Positions 24,085-39,000 of a stretch of 64,000 nucleotides of DNA are shown here, in pieces; the first letter of the stretch is position 1; every line of letters starts with the position of its first letter. The notes under the pieces are model-generated. The model was not told the DNA's origin, searched no databases, and worked only from the letters and a program-made list of their open reading frames with translations. Source of the stretch: Chiloscyllium plagiosum (taxonomy: Eukaryota); NCBI RefSeq assembly GCF_004010195.1, contig NC_057718.1, positions 69,649,213 through 69,713,212 of the forward strand. The letters are read 5' to 3'. The position numbers and the translations under genes are program-made.

Positions 24085-26454
24085 CTGCAATGAAAGAACA
24101 TTAATACTTTGTCAGTTTTTACAGAGTACAATGCATAACTTGACATGAATGATTCTGAATAATTGTCCAACTATTTGAGAATCCTAAAGCAAAATACTGC
24201 AGATGATTGAAATCAGATATTTTTAAAAATCAGAACATGAATACTCAGCAGGTCTAGCAGCATCTTTGGAAGGGGAAGGTTATGATTCACTTTGACTTTC
24301 CATCAGGAAGTTCTGTTCTTTACCACAAAATTGAAGAGGAGTCTTTATTAGGAGCTTCCATCTTACTGAGGATACTTTAGGCCAATGCACATTCAATAAC
24401 TGGATTCAAAAACCCTGCTCACATTTTGACAACTGTGACAAATTCTACCACAGCAGCTGTGACAATCCACTTTATCCTAAAATAACTCAACACTTTTAAA
24501 AATAAAGTCAACTTGCTTTACTCCCAACGTTGACAGATGCTTTTTCAAAAAATCCAGGATCCAGGTCCACATCCTTCTGATCAGATCCTGTCTGTGTATC
24601 AAATTTTAATTAATTCTATACATTAATTTAAATTATTTACAAACAGGGGAGAAAATATGATCGCCACCCTGAATGCTTGCAGTGTGCTAGTCATGCACAA
24701 AGTCTAGACCTGCCCTCATGTACTAATAGCATGGCAATGTGACATTAATGCAACATGCAACAGTAAAGAATTCAATTATTCTGATACTTACAAAATATCT
24801 TGATATACTTTGTAAACATGCATTTTGTTGGGCTCTTCTCAGTTTTGATGGTTTGAACTGATACAAGTTGCATGCACACATATGAACAGACATATTTAAG
24901 CATGGAACTGGAACATATGTTAAATGAGATGTGCTATGTTTTCTGTTCACAAAGAACAGAGATCTTTCAAGTATTACAATTTGTCAGAGTGTGGACTTTT
25001 GTACATCCAATGTCCAGTTGGCTACACGTGTAATAAATTATTTTAAAGTGCCTTCAAGATTCTGAAAAATTGCCAAGAGTTATACAAACACAAGATGTTT
25101 TCCTTTACTAATTCTAGCAGCTTAGCTATGTCATTTTTTATGGAGAGTTCGAAGTTAAGCTGTTGCATGGGGAGAAGGCTATTCCCACCTAAAGCATTTG
25201 GCAATGTTTGCAAGCTATCTGCTTACAAAACCTCATGAATATATCTTGATTTTTTTTCCCAGGAAAAAAAGGAATGCATTTCTTATCCAATGCATAAAGA
25301 TAGTCAGTCCATGATGGAGAATGGCTTGTATGCACCAATGATCCCGAATGATGCCCTTAGGAGTTCTTGCCTTCTGGTAGGGTGACCCAAGGCAGGCAGG
25401 TCTGGTGGGAAGGGATTAGGTGCCAGCCAAAGTGTGATCCAATAAGCTCTCACTGGGACAACAGGAAACTTACCAATTATTAAGGCAATACAAAGCTGCA
25501 ACAAGATCAGTCTACGTCACTGAAATCTTAATACAACCCATCAAGATTACATGCACAACAATAGCACCTCAAGTCCTCATGGTAAATAAAGGTACACCAT
25601 AGGCTTCTACTAGAGTCCATTTTCCAAGTCCTGCAGTGATGGAGAATATTTTATGTGGATTCTAGGATCTGAAAGGGTTAGAATAGAGGATGTTCAGTGT
25701 TGCCCAATATGTCATTATTCAGGCTTGGGGAGGAACTGCTCAGGAATCTGAAGGACAAAGAACAACCATCTGGGTTTTCTCAAGTCCCTCATATAATTGG
25801 TCTAGATTTTCCAGTTGCCTGAGAATGATTTCTGTAGCACAGATGAGAGTTGCGCATCAGGACTCTGTGGAATTCCCAATGCAGCAGACTCCACGGGAAT
25901 TCCACAGGAAATTGAAGATTTTAATCAGTAATTCCCTCGAGTCTGGACCCTCTTCAAAGTGTGCATTCAAATGAGAGAATTCCAACCATTCCACTGCTGT
26001 TAAGTAAAATGTTACTGAGGAAACATTTGCCTCTTAAAACCTAGTCTAACTACTGGGTAACTATTAAACTGACACCAAACCTACTACAACACCAAACCTA
26101 ATTACACCTCCCACAGACCCTTTATAAACCCAGATCCTAGCTTGACAGGATTTGGAGAGTTTGTTTAACATGCACGATTAGTAAGCTTTGAACATTCAGG
26201 AAGGAGAGATCACATCCGGAGTGACAGACAGCCCGAGTCAGCATATATTTTAGTGCTTTCAGAACAGTGTGGAAATAAAACTGGTAAATCTGTCATACCT
26301 TTTCCCATTTTACAAGTTTAAAATTCAGTAGTCTAGGTAGAAGGTTAATAAGGTAGCTGAGTCAGCTGACAGAGGAACAGTTATCGGACAACTACCTGAA
26401 GCCTAAACAGGGCCTCAATAGATGTTCACTACATTTGAAGTTTCAACTATTCGA

Positions 26455-28900
26455 AGTTAGTCATACAGCAGAGAAACAAGTCCACTATGTCTATGCCAAA
26501 TCAACAAACATCAAACAATACTTATCCCACTAAAGTGTACTTATAGCCTACAGTGCCCTAGAATTTTGAGTCAGAAGTCACATGATACCAGTCCAACATG
26601 TTTAGTTGAAATCTCAAGCTTTTGGAAGCTGTTCCATCTTCAGAGAAAGTGCGACTTCACTTGACAATGGAGCAACGCTCCGAAAGCTTGCGATTTCAAA
26701 TAAGCCTATTGGACTACAACCTGGTGTCGTGTGACTTCTGACTTTGTCCATCCCACTCCAACACTGGCATCTCTACATCCTGGCATTTTAAGTTTTTGTC
26801 CAAATGCTTTTTAAATGATGTGGGAGTACCTGACTCCACCACACTGTCAGGCAGCGAGTTCCATATTTCTATAATCTTCTGGGGGAAAAAAACTCTTCAT
26901 CTTAAAAATTTATGTCCTCTGCTCTTAGACACATCAGCCATAATGAAAAGGTTCTTACGATCTACCCGATCTATACCTTGCATAACTTTGTATACTTTAA
27001 TCAGATCCCCCCTCAGCATCCTCTGCTCCAGGAAAAACAACCCAGCCTACCCTTAGACTTTCATCAGGATTTTGCCTGAAATGTAACCTCCTCTGCACCC
27101 TCTCCATTGCAATCACATCCTTCCAGTAGTGTGGTGAAAAGAAATGCATATAGCATTCCAGCTGTGGCCTAATCAATGTTCTACAAAGTTGCAATAAGAC
27201 TTTTCTCCTATATTGTGTGCCACTCTGATGAAGGCACCATTTAGGACAGAGATGAGGAGAAACTTCTTCAGCCAGTGAGTGGTGGCTGTGTGGAATGCTC
27301 TGCCCCAGAGGGCAGTGGAGGCCCAGTCTCTGGATTCATTTAAGAAAGAGTTGGATAGAGCTCTCAAGGATTGTGGAATCAAGGATTATGGAGATAAGGC
27401 AGGAACAGGAGACTGATTGAGGATGATCAGCTATGATCATATTGAATGGTGGTGCAGGCTCGAAGGGCAGAATGGCCTACTCCTGCACCTATTGTCTATT
27501 GTCTTATGCCACCTCCACCAGTCTGTTTACCTAAGCTGATACCTTCAGGGATCTTTGGACTTGTACAGCAAGGTCCCTTTGTTCCTCAGTACTCCCGAGG
27601 GACTTATCATTGATTGTATATACCCTTATTAGCCCTCCCAAAATGCATCACCTCACACTTGTCAGGATCAAATTCCATCTGCCATTGCTCTGCTTGATTA
27701 GCCTGAGACCATCGTCCTCATGATCAACACCACCATCAATTTGGTGTCATTTGCAAGCTTACTAATTATAACTTACACATTTGCATCTAAGTTGTTAATG
27801 TACATAACAAACAGCAAAGGCTCCAACACCGATCTCTGTTATTATTATTAACAAGCGCACCATTATTAACAAGCTTCCAATCACAAAAACAACCCCTCCA
27901 TTATCACTCTTTGCCTTCTATTTGTAAGCCAATTTTGGATCCAGTTTGTCAATTAGTCTTGGATTCTGTGGGCTCTTATCTTTTGCACCAGCCTTCCACA
28001 TGGGATCGTGTCAAAGACCTTACTGAAGTCCATATAAACCAAATCATCAAATATATTTAGTTACATTTTCAAAAACAAATTTAAATTAGTCAGACAAGAT
28101 CTCCTTCCAACGATTCTGCGCTAATCCCAGATCAGTACCGATTAATCCTATTCTTCAGAATTTCTTTCAAATAATTTCTCTCCCATTGACATCAGACTAA
28201 CTGCAGTGTACTTACCTGGCATCTCCCTGCTGCCCTTCTTTAACAAAGGAACCACATTAGTTACCCTCCAGTTACCTGTGACCAGCAAAGTATTAAATAT
28301 TTTGTCAGGGAGCATCAGCAATCTTCTCTCCTGCTTTCCACAGCAGCCTGGGATACATCTCATTGGGCACTGGAGATTTATGCCTCTTTAAGCCCACTAA
28401 AACACCTAATACCTCCTTATTAACACACTGGCCCTAAATTCTCACTGAACTACTTTTAAAAGACTCCCACTTTCAAATGTAGATTTACCTGCATGTAACT
28501 GCTCCCAGTCTGTTTGCCAGTTTTTGTCTAATGATACTGTAATCAGTCTTTCCTAATTTAAACACAAATTCAGCACTATCCTTATCCCTTTGCATAATGA
28601 CTTTGAAACTTACAGAATTATGGTTACTATCCTCAAAATGTTCACCCACTAACTAGGATCGCATCATGTGTCAATGTTAGCAAAGTTGAAATTCCCTACT
28701 ATAACCGTATTTCACTCACACCTCTGATTTGCCTCCATATCTGCTCCTTTATCTCCTTCTGTCTGTTGGGAGACCTTCAGTACAATCCAAGCAAAGTAAT
28801 TGTCCATTTTTTTTTCCTAGCTTTACCCAGACAGCTTCATTTGAAGACATTCTCCCTCATTACTCCAGTGATGGTCTCCTTTATCAATAATATAATGTTC
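26455..28900 (-). mobile_element. Decayed CR1 LINE, with a CR1 3' end inserted on + at ~27238-27503
   Basis: Minus ORFs CRTLIRPQLEC and WRVTNVVPLLKKG; plus-strand insert aacttcttcagccag...cctactcctgcacctattgtctattgtc. Confidence 0.75.
26572..26778. mobile_element. Penelope-like fold-back mini-element (family B)
   Basis: Inverted termini agtcagaagtcaca / tgtgacttctgact; degenerate HHR-like ttgacaatggagcaacgctccgaaagct; degenerate TSD cctagaattttgagt / cctggcattttaagt. Confidence 0.65.
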
Positions 28901-30514
28901 CCACCTCTCTAAATTTGCTTTCTTTCTGCAGATGCTGCTCAACCTGAGTTTCTCCAACTATTGCTGTTAACCTTTGTTTTATTCTTTGCTGTTGTACTAT
29001 ATTCTCCTATTGATAAAGTTAAGAATGCTGTATGCTTTACTGAGCACTTTGGCACCCTATTCTGCCAATTTCCATAATTTGTGCATGTACACCCCCAGGA
29101 TCCTCTGCCTCTACATTCCTTTAAAATGATGACCCGTCTTTCATATTCTCTCTCCATATCCTTCTTACTGCAATGAGTAACGTCACACCTCTGTGCATTC
29201 AATTTCACTTGTTGGCTCATTCCACCAAGTTCTACACTAACCCCTTCACAGTTCACATCAAAGTTTCATCAAATTCTGAAATTGTGCCCTGTACACCAAA
29301 GTCTATCTTATTAATTTACAACAGGAAGATCAAAGCCCCAACAACTAATGGGAACTTCCACTACAAACCTTCTTCTGATTCAAACAAAATCCATATCAGT
29401 ATTTTGTGCTTCAGATAACTCAGTCAATTCTATATTTTATGTTTCACTGTCCCTCACCTTCCATAAGCTGTAACTCTGCTCAACAAGTTGTCATTCACCA
29501 CTTGGAAGGCCAAGTATACCATCATCAGCATTACCTTAGTCAAACATTTGCTGCCTCAGCAATAGGTTCCAGCAACTTAGTTAAAACAACTTGCCTTTAA
29601 TAAATCAATGCTGGTTGTCCTTGATTAATCTGCATTCGTTCAAGTGACTATGATTTTCTTCCCAATTATCATTTTTAGATGTTTCCCCACTAACAAGGTT
29701 AAACCAACGGACTTATCTTTGCAAATGTCTGATTTAAACAATGTACCATTTACAATTCTCCAGTCCTTTAGCATACCTTGAGTTTAAGGAAGATTGGAGA
29801 ATTATGGCCAATGCCTCCACAATTTCTACAATCTCTTCCCTCCATGTCCATGGGTGAAATACATTCGGTTCTGCTACTGTCTCAATACTAAGAGCAGAAA
29901 AGCTGCCCCATGCTGCCTCCTTAACAATTTAAAATTCTTCAGATGTCTGAATTACCTCTTTGTCCCAGTGACCCAAGCAGCATCATATTCCTTTGGAAAG
30001 ATGGATGCCAAGTATTCATTTCATATCTCAGCCATACTCACTGTCTCCAGGTGTAAATTCTCTTTTCATCCCAACTTAGCCCCACTTTCTCACCCTGTTA
30101 CTATTTATACGGCCACAGAAAACTTAAGAATTTCCTTTCACATTAGCCCATTTTCATACAATGTTCTGGATTCTCTTCTTTGCTTTTTCACTTTTCCAGT
30201 GAATAATCTATAATCAACTAGCTCCCAGTTGTATCCTCCCTTAACACCTTCTCTAGCTTAATCTTTTTTTTCTTCTTTCAGAGATTTTTGGATTTGTTTG
30301 GCATGTTTTTCTACTTCCTAGGAATAAACCTTATCTGTAGCCAAAATCTCTTCTGTCTAGGTCTCCCATTTTTCACGAGGAACTTTTCATTACATTCACT
30401 GACTTGACTGAAGTATATGACTCAATAAATTGGATTGTACTCCATGATTTGTGTGTCACAGAAACTAGGAGGGGCCATTCAACCCTTCAATGCTGCTCTG
30501 CCATTCCATATGAT

Positions 30515-33500
30515 CCTGAACTTAAAGAAAGATAACTTTTATGGTATGAGACATGCATTGGCTAGGATAAGCTGGCCAAGGATACTTAAAAGGTCGATGG
30601 TGAATAGGCAATGGCAGACATTTAAGGATCACGTGGATAAACTTCAATAATTGTACATCCCTATCTGGTGTCAGAGTAAAACAGGGAAGGTAGCTCAACG
30701 ATGGTGAACAAGGTAAAAAGGGATAGGGCTAAAGCCAAAGAGGAGACATAAAAATTGGCCAGAAAAAGCAGTAAACCGGCGTGCTGGGAGAAATTTAAAA
30801 TTCAGCAGCGGAGGACAAAGGGTTTAATTCAAAAGGGAAAAATGATTATGAAGGTAAGCTTGCAGAAAGTAAAAACTGACTGGAAACATTCCCATTGGTA
30901 TGTGATGAGAAAAAGACTGGTGAAGCCAAATGTTGGTCCCTTGCTGTTGGGATCAAGTGAATTCATAATGGACAGAAAGTTGGCAAACCAGTTGAACAAA
31001 TACTTTGGATCTATCTTCACTAAGAAAGGCACAAATAACCTACAGGAAATGCTAGGGCACAAAAGGTCAAGCATGATAGAGGAAATGAAGGACATCTTTA
31101 GATTAGATTAGATTAGATTAGATTAGATTACAGTGTGGAAACAGGCCCTTCGGCCCAACAAGTCCACACCGACCCGCCGAAGCGAAACCCACCCATACCC
31201 CTACATTTACCCCTTACCTAACACTATGGGCAATTTAGTATGGCCAATTCACCTGACCCTGCACATCTTTGGACTGTGGGAGGAAACCGGAGCACCCGGA
31301 GGAAACCCACGCAGACACGGGGAGAACGTGCAAACTCCACACAGTCAGTCGCCTGAGGCGGGAATTGAACCCGGGTCTCTGGCGCTGTGAGGCAGCAGTG
31401 CTAACCACTGTGCCACCGTGCCACCCACAAATTTATTAGTCAGGAAAAGGTATTGGGGAAATTGATGGGAATAAAATCTGTTAGGTCTCCACGGCCTGAT
31501 GCTCTGCACCCCAGAGTACTTAAGGAATAAGTACTCTGGCCCTAGAAATAACAGACACATTGGTGATCATTTTCCAGCATTATGTAGACTCTGGAAGAAT
31601 TCCAATGGACTGGAGGGTAGCTAATGTAACCCCACTTTTTTAAAAAAGGGAGAGAGAAAAAAATGGGGAATTATAGGCTAGTCAGCCTGACATCGATGGT
31701 GAGGAAAATGCTGGAGTCAATTAATAAGAGTGTAATAAATGATCATTTGGAAAGCAGTGACAGAATCAATCCTAGTCAGTATACATTCGCTAAAGAGAAA
31801 TCATGTTTGACAAATCTTTTGGAATTTGAGGATGTGACCAGTAGCATGGACAAAGGTAAAATCAGTAGATGTTGTGTATCTGGACTTTAAAAAGGCTTTT
31901 GACAAATTCCCACACAAGAGATTAGTGAAAAAAATTAAAGCTCATGGTATCGGAGGTAATGTATTGACATAGCTCAAGAGCTGGTTGGCAGACAAGAAGC
32001 AGAGAGTTGGAATAAATGGGTCATTTTCAGAGCGGCAGGCAGTGACAAGTGGGGTTCAGTGCTGAGAGCCCAGCTGTTCACAATATGTATTAACGATTTG
32101 GATGAAAGAATTGAATGCCATATCTCCAAATTTGCACACGACACTGAGCTGGGTGGCGGTATATACTGTGAGGACGATACTAAGAGGCTGCAGGGTCACT
32201 TGGACAAACTGGCTGAGTAAGTAAATACTTGGCAAATGCAGTACAATGTGGAAAAATGTGAGGTTATCCACTTGGACACAAAAACAGGAAGCCAGATTAT
32301 TATCTGAATGGTGGCAATTTAGGAAAAGGTGAGGTGCAACAAGACCTAGGTGTCATGGTGGAACAGTCGCTGAAGGTTGGCATGAGGCAATGAAGTAAGC
32401 TAATGGCATTCATAGTGAGAGGATTTGAGTGTCCAAGTAAGGATGTCTTACTGCAATTATACAGGACCTTGGTAAGACCACACCCTGAGTATTGTGTGCA
32501 GTTTTGTTCTCCTATTCTGAGGAAGGACATTCTGATTATTGAGGGAATCCAGTGAAGGATCACCAGACTGATTCCCAGGAAGTCAGGACTGATATATGAT
32601 GAAAGATTGGAATGACTTGGCTTGTACTCGCTGGAATTTACAAGAGTGAAGGGGGATCTCATAGAAATATAAAATCCTGATGGAAATGACTTGGATATAA
32701 GCTTAAGTGGTATAGTTGGTAAGTTTGCAGATGACACCAAAATTGGAGGCGTAGTGGAGAGCGAAGAAGGTTACATCGAATTACAATGGGATCTTGATCA
32801 GATGAGCCAACGGGCTGAGGAGTGGCAGATGGAGTTTAATTTAGGTAAATGCGAGGTGCTGCATTTTGAGAAAGCAAATCTTATACACTTAATGGGAAGG
32901 TCCTAGGGAGTATTGCTGAACAAAGAGACCTCGGAGTGCAAGTTCACAAGTCCTTGAAAATAGAGTCGCAAGTAGGTAGGATAGTGAAGGCGATGTTTGG
33001 TACCCTTTCCTTTATTGGTCGGAGTATGGAGTACAGGAGTTGCGATGTCATGTTGTGGCTGAACCGAACATTGGTTAGGCCATTGTTAGAATATTGTGTG
33101 CAATTCTGGTCTCTTTCCTATCGGAAGGATGTTGTGAAACTTGAAAGGGCTCAGAAAAGATTTACAAGGATGTTGCCAGGGTTGGAGGAAAAAGAAAGAC
33201 ATATCAGAAGTGAGCCTTATTTCTATTGTGGGTAAGATGTTGGAAAAGGTTGTAAGAGATAGGATTTATAATCATCTGGAAAGGAATAATTTAATTAGGG
33301 CTAGTCAACACGGTTTTGTGAAGAGTAGGTCGTGTCTAACTAACATTATGGAGTTCTTTGAGAAGGTGACAAAACAGATGGATGAAGATAAAGTGGTTGA
33401 TGTGGTGTACGTGGACTTCAGTAAAGCATTTGTTAAGGTTCCACACAGTAGGCTGTTGCACAAAACACCGAGTTTTGGGATTGAAGGTGATTCGATCAGA

Positions 33501-33690
33501 AATTGGTCAACTGAGAGAAGACAGAGGGTGACGGTTGATGAAAATAATCATCCTGGAGCTCAGTTACCAGTGGCGTGCTGCAAGGATCTGTTTTGGGGCC
33601 ACTGCTGTTGTCATTTTTATAAATGATCTGGATGTGGGCGTATAAGGATGTGTTAGTAAATTTGTGGATGACACTAAGGTAGACAGAGTT
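30515..33690 (+). mobile_element. Composite of three CR1 LINE pieces (junctions at ~32681 and ~33200)
   Basis: NYRLVSLTS, KAFDK and FADDTK motifs recur with the RT region restarting twice; SINE inserted at 31098-31426. Confidence 0.8.
31098..31426 (-). mobile_element. HE1-like SINE, young full-length copy with a (TCTAA)n tail
   Basis: Minus strand ggcacggtggcacagtggttagcac (A box) ... gggttcaattcc (B box); TTAGA repeats at 31098-31130. Confidence 0.9.
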
Positions 33691-34699
33691 AACTCCCCAA
33701 CCTACCTAGAGACATGTTGGGATATAGTAGCTCACCCTCAGGCCAGAGACAAAGAAACAGAGTTAACCAGTGAAGAAAGGAACACACTGAACAATTCATC
33801 AGACCAGCAAACTTAGGAGTATCTGGGAAATATTTGAAATTTCTAAAGAATAGGAATAGAGTTGCTAGAAGTGCAAAATTGAACTTTTAACCTTTGCTGT
33901 CTTCAAATAAAGTTGTTTCATTGACTGCAGACTCATGCTGAGTAGTCATTTCCTGATATAGGCTAAGGTACCTGAGGAAATTAATATTGCATACATTGGT
34001 TAAGGAGTCTGCAGGTTCTTAGAGACACCCTGTTCCAGACAATAATGGAAAAACATGGAAAATGCAATGGTGTTTTTAAGATGAAGCAGGTACAATGAAA
34101 CTAAGTTGTGATTAGCTAAGGGAGTCATTTGATTTGGTGATTGTCATTATTTATAGGAATTATATTGAAGCTAAAGGAAGGAAGAGTCACAGAATGGCCA
34201 GGTGAAGGTAAGGAAGGAGTCGAAATTGGAAGCCAAATTGATAACATTTCTTTTATGGGTAATGGTGGTATCTACCAAAGTCAGTATTTGTTGCCCATCC
34301 CTAAGAGATCTTGACATAGTGTTGAGTTGAGTTTTTGAACCATAGTGTAGTCACTACCAAATGCTGTTACAGCAGAAACTCCAGACATTAGACCAGGGAA
34401 CAAACAATCAGCAATATAGATCCAAGTCAGAATGGCACATAGCTTGGATGTGAACTCACAAGTAGAGATGTATGACAAAGTTAGTGGTACCATTCTAGGT
34501 GGTGGAAACTGCACTTTTGGAAAGTGCAATTGAAGCCTTGGTGCATAGATGCAATGCATCTTTCACATAGTGCACACACCTGCCATTACAGGTGGACAGA
34601 TTGAACGTTTCAGTTAATGGGTAGATTGAATGCTTAAGGTGGTGAATAGATTGCTGATCAAATGAACTGCTTTTTCTTATCATCTCCACCTCAACCACT

Positions 34700-35400
34700 A
34701 CAGTCCAACAAGGCTATACAGACATATCTACACTAATCTCACTTTCTCGCACTAGACCTATAACATTGCATGTTATGACATTTTGCGTGCTTATCCACAC
34801 ACTTTTTTAAAATGATCGAGAGGTCCCCTGCTTCTACTAACCTCCCAATCAGTGCAATCCAGATTACCACCACTCTCTGGGTAAAAATGCTTTTCTAAAT
34901 CCCACCCCAAACCCCCCCAAACTTGCTACCTACCACCTTAAAATTATTCCTCATGTTATTAACAGTTGCTTCCTAACTATATATCCATGTCCCCTTCAAT
35001 CTTCCACTCCTCAATCAGGACCCCCTCAGTCCCTCTACTCTTAACAAAATGACTCAATCTTATCCAAGCTCTTTTCATAACGAAAGAGTTCCAGTCCAGA
35101 CAAAGGCCTGGTGAATCTCCTCTGCAATCCCTCCAATGCAATCATACCACACCTACACTGTGGTGACTAGAACTGTACATAGTATTCCAGCTGCGGCCTA
35201 ATCAGTTTTTTCTCACAGCTCCAACATAACCTCCCGGCTCTTATAACCTATGTCACGACTGATGAAGGCAAGTGTCCCATATGCTTTCTTAACTATCCTA
35301 TTAACCAGTGCTATTGCCTTCAAGGATATATGGACAAGAACCTCAAGATTCCACTGTTCATCTGAGCTTCCTTGTGTACTTCCATTCATCAAGTATTCTC
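34700..35400 (-). mobile_element. Old CR1 3' fragment
   Basis: Reverse complement of LIRPQLEYYVQF*SP and CR1 3' UTR motifs. Confidence 0.65.
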
Positions 35401-36044
35401 AATTAATTCCCATCCATAATTGCCCAGATAAGGTTAATGTTGTGTGTTTGGAGTTACTTGTGGACTAAACCAGGTAAGGACAGCAGATTTCCTTCCTTCA
35501 TAGACATTAATGAACCAGGTAGGTTTCTACAAGTGGTCACCAATAGGCTATCTGTTTATTACAAATGTTACTGACTTCAAATGTAATCACCTGCCATGAT
35601 AAGATTTATTCTTACATCCCCAGAACATTAACCTGGGTTCTGCATTGGTTGTCCATTGACATTACCACCACATCCTCATATAAGGAAGGAGCACTTCGTC
35701 TCCAAACCACTCTATTTGGATATGGAGGTGCAGAGGGCTTATCAATCCATTATGCCATTTCCTGGTTTCCTACTGTAAAGCGCCATCAGACTGTTAGGTT
35801 TCATTAAAATGGCCATCCTAATTTTCTTTGCTTGAAGACCTCCAAACTGTACAAATGTCTCTTAAAACCAGTCACCTGAGGAAGATGCTGTGCGCACCAA
35901 GCTGTTATTAAACGCAGTGTTGTGGCCATTAAGCACCTAAACAAAGTATTACCTAATCTTATCTTTTTAAACTTCTTCCATTCCCAAATACTAGAAACCC
36001 ATCTGGGAGATTTAACAAAACTGTTGGCAAACTATGGATAATCT

Positions 36045-39000
36045 TAAGAACAAAGAAAATTTACAGCTCAGGAACAGGCCCTTTGGCCCTCCAAGCCTGT
36101 GCTGATCCAAATGCACTGTCTAAACCTATTGTCCAATTCCTAAGAGTTTGTATCCCTCTGCTCCCCAGCTACTCATGCATCTGTCCAGACACACCTTAAA
36201 TGAATCTACCTCTACCACCTCTGCTGGCAACATGTTCCAGGCACCTACCACCCTCTGTGTAAAGTACTTTCTGCATGTATTCCCCCTTATAGTTTTCTCC
36301 TCTCACCTTGAACGAGTGACCTTTCATTATTGAATCCCTCACCCTGGGAAAAAGGTTATGCCTATCCAACCTGTCTATACCTTTCATGATTGTGTAGACC
36401 TCAATCAGGTCCCCCTCAATCTCCTCTTTTCTAATGAAAACAATCCTAACCTACTAAACCTGTCTTCATAGCTAGCACCTTCCATACCAAGCAACATCCT
36501 CGTAAACCTTCTCTGCACCGTCTCCAAAGCGTCCACACCCTTTTGGTAATGTGGCAACCAGAACTATACACAGTATTCTAATGCGACCGAATCAAAGTCT
36601 TGTACAATTTTAAAATGATCTGCCAGCTCTTATACTCAATACCCCGTCTGATGAGGGAAAGCATACCATATGCCTTCTTGACCACTCTATCCACCTGTGC
36701 AGGGTACAATGGACCTGGACACCCAGACCTATCTGCTCAACAACTTTTCCCAAGGCTCATCCGTTTACAGTATAGTTCGTTCTAGAATTAGACCTTCCAA
36801 AATGAATCGCCTCACATTTGCCCGGATTGAACTCCATCTGCCACTTCTCCACCCAACTCTCCAGTCTATCTATATTCTCCTGTACTCTTTGACAATCCTT
36901 ATGCTTTCTGCTACTCCATCAATCTTAGTGTCATTTGCAAACTTACTGTTCAGACCACCAATGCCCTCTTCCAGATCATTTATGTATATCATAAGCAACA
37001 GTGGACCGAGCACTGATCCCTGTGGAACACCACTGGTCATTAGATTAGATTAGATTAGATTAGATTACTTACAGTGTGGAAACAGGCCCTTCGGCCCAAC
37101 AAGTCCACACCGACCCGCCGAAGCGCAACCCACCCATACCCCTACATTTACCCCTTTAACCTAACACTACGGGCAATTTAGCATGGCCAATTCACCTGAC
37201 CCACACATTTTTGGATTGTGGGAGGAAACCGGAGCACCCGGAGGAAACCCACGCAGACACGGGGAGAACGTGCAAACTCCACACAGTCAGTCGCCTGAGT
37301 CGGGAATTGAACCCGGGTCTCTGGCGCTGTGAGGCAGCAGTGCTAACCACTGTGCCACCGTGCCACCCACGATGGTCATCTTTGTCCATTTTGAGAAACT
37401 CCCTTCAACTACTACTCTCAGTCTCATGTTGCTCAACCAGTTCTTTATCCACCTAGCTAGAACACACTGCACACCATGTGACTTCACTTTCTCCATTAGT
37501 TTACCATGGGTAACCTTATCAAACACCTTACTAAAGTCCATGTAAACGATATCAACAGCCCTTCCTTCATCTATCAACTTGGTCACTTCCTCAAAGAACT
37601 CTATTAAGTTGGTAAGGCGCGATCTCCCCCGCACAAAATCATGTTGCCTATCACTGATAAGCCCATTCTCTTCCAAATATTAATAGATTCTATCCCTCAG
37701 TACCTTCTCCAGCAACTTTCCCACCACTAACATCAGACTCACTGGTCTGTAGTTACCCGGAATATCCCCACCATTGCATCGCCTCACATTTGCCCAGATT
37801 GAACTCCATCTGCCCCTTCTCCACCCAACTCTCCAGTCTATCTATATTCTCCTGTATTATTTGACAGTCCCTTATGCTTTCTGCGACTCCATCAATCTTA
37901 GTGTCATTTGCAAACTTACTGTTCAGACCACCAATCCCCTCTTCCAGATCATTTATGTACATCACATTCTTGTACAGAGGGATAGCATGAACAACCCTCC
38001 AGTCCTCCAAAACCTCACCTGTGTTTAAGGATGCTACAAAGCTATCTGTCAGGGCCCCAGCTATTTCCTCTCTCGCCTCCCTCAGCAACCATTCGGTGCT
38101 GGGGATTCGTCCACTTAATATCCTTTAGCCTACCCAACACATCCTCCCTCCTTATGTCAATGTGATCCAGAGCAAAGAAACTTCTATCTCTAATCTCAAC
38201 ATTCATCATGCCCCTCTCCTCAGTGAACACTGATGCAAAGTAATCATTGAGAATCTCACCCATTTTCTCAGGTTCGACACACAGCCTTCCTTTGTTATCC
38301 TTTAGTGGACCAATCCTTTCTCTCGTTACCCTCTTGCTTCTTATATATGAATAAAAGGACTTGGAATTCTCCTTAATTCTGCTCACTAAAGTTATTTCAT
38401 TACCCCTTTTATCCCACTTGATTCCTCATTTAAGTTTGGTCCTACTCTCCTGATATTCCTCCAAGGCCCGTTCTGTTCCTGGACCTCATATGTGCTTCCC
38501 TTTTCCTCTTGGCTAGTTGCACAATTCTCCTGTCATCTACGGTTCACAAATCTAGCCTTTCCTATCCCTGGTTTTCAAAGGGACATCCCTATCCTGCACG
38601 ATCTTCAACCTGTCTTTGAAAGCCTTCCACATATCAAATGTGGATTTCCCTTCAAATAGCTGCCCCCAATCCACATTTCCCAGCTCCTGCCGAACTATGA
38701 TATAGTTGGCCTTGGTCCAGTTTAGTACTCTTCCCTTAGGACCACTCTCATCCTTTTCTACAAGTATTCTAGAACTTACAGGATTGTGGTTACGATTCCC
38801 AAAGAAATCCCCCAATGCAACTTCTACCACCTAGCCTGGCTCATTACCCAACACTAGGTCCAATATGGCCCCTTCCTTAATTGGATTATTGACTTACTGC
38901 TCTAGAAAACTTTCCTGGATGCTCCTAACAAATTCTGCCCCAACCAGACCTCTGACGCTAAATGTATCCCAGTCAATGTTGTGAACATTAAAATCTCCCA

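Noticed and set aside
25450..25520. Candidate signal-peptide first exon on the minus strand (RRLILLQLCIALII G|gtaagt, phase-1 donor)
   Set aside because: An in-frame TGA lies immediately upstream with no ATG, and the other frames also stop; cannot be supported as a coding exon, though a non-coding exon is not excluded.
31098..31130. (TTAGA)n repeat resembling a telomeric repeat
   Set aside because: It is the reverse complement of the SINE (TCTAA)n tail, not TTAGGG.
31355..31426. tRNA-like sequence with A and B boxes (also in the other copies)
   Set aside because: It is the tRNA-derived head of an HE1-like SINE followed by SINE core and tail, not a tRNA gene.
34157..34207. AG/GT-bounded 51-bp open segment on + (IILKLKEGRVTEWPGE)
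   Set aside because: No recognisable homology and no partner exons; likely chance.
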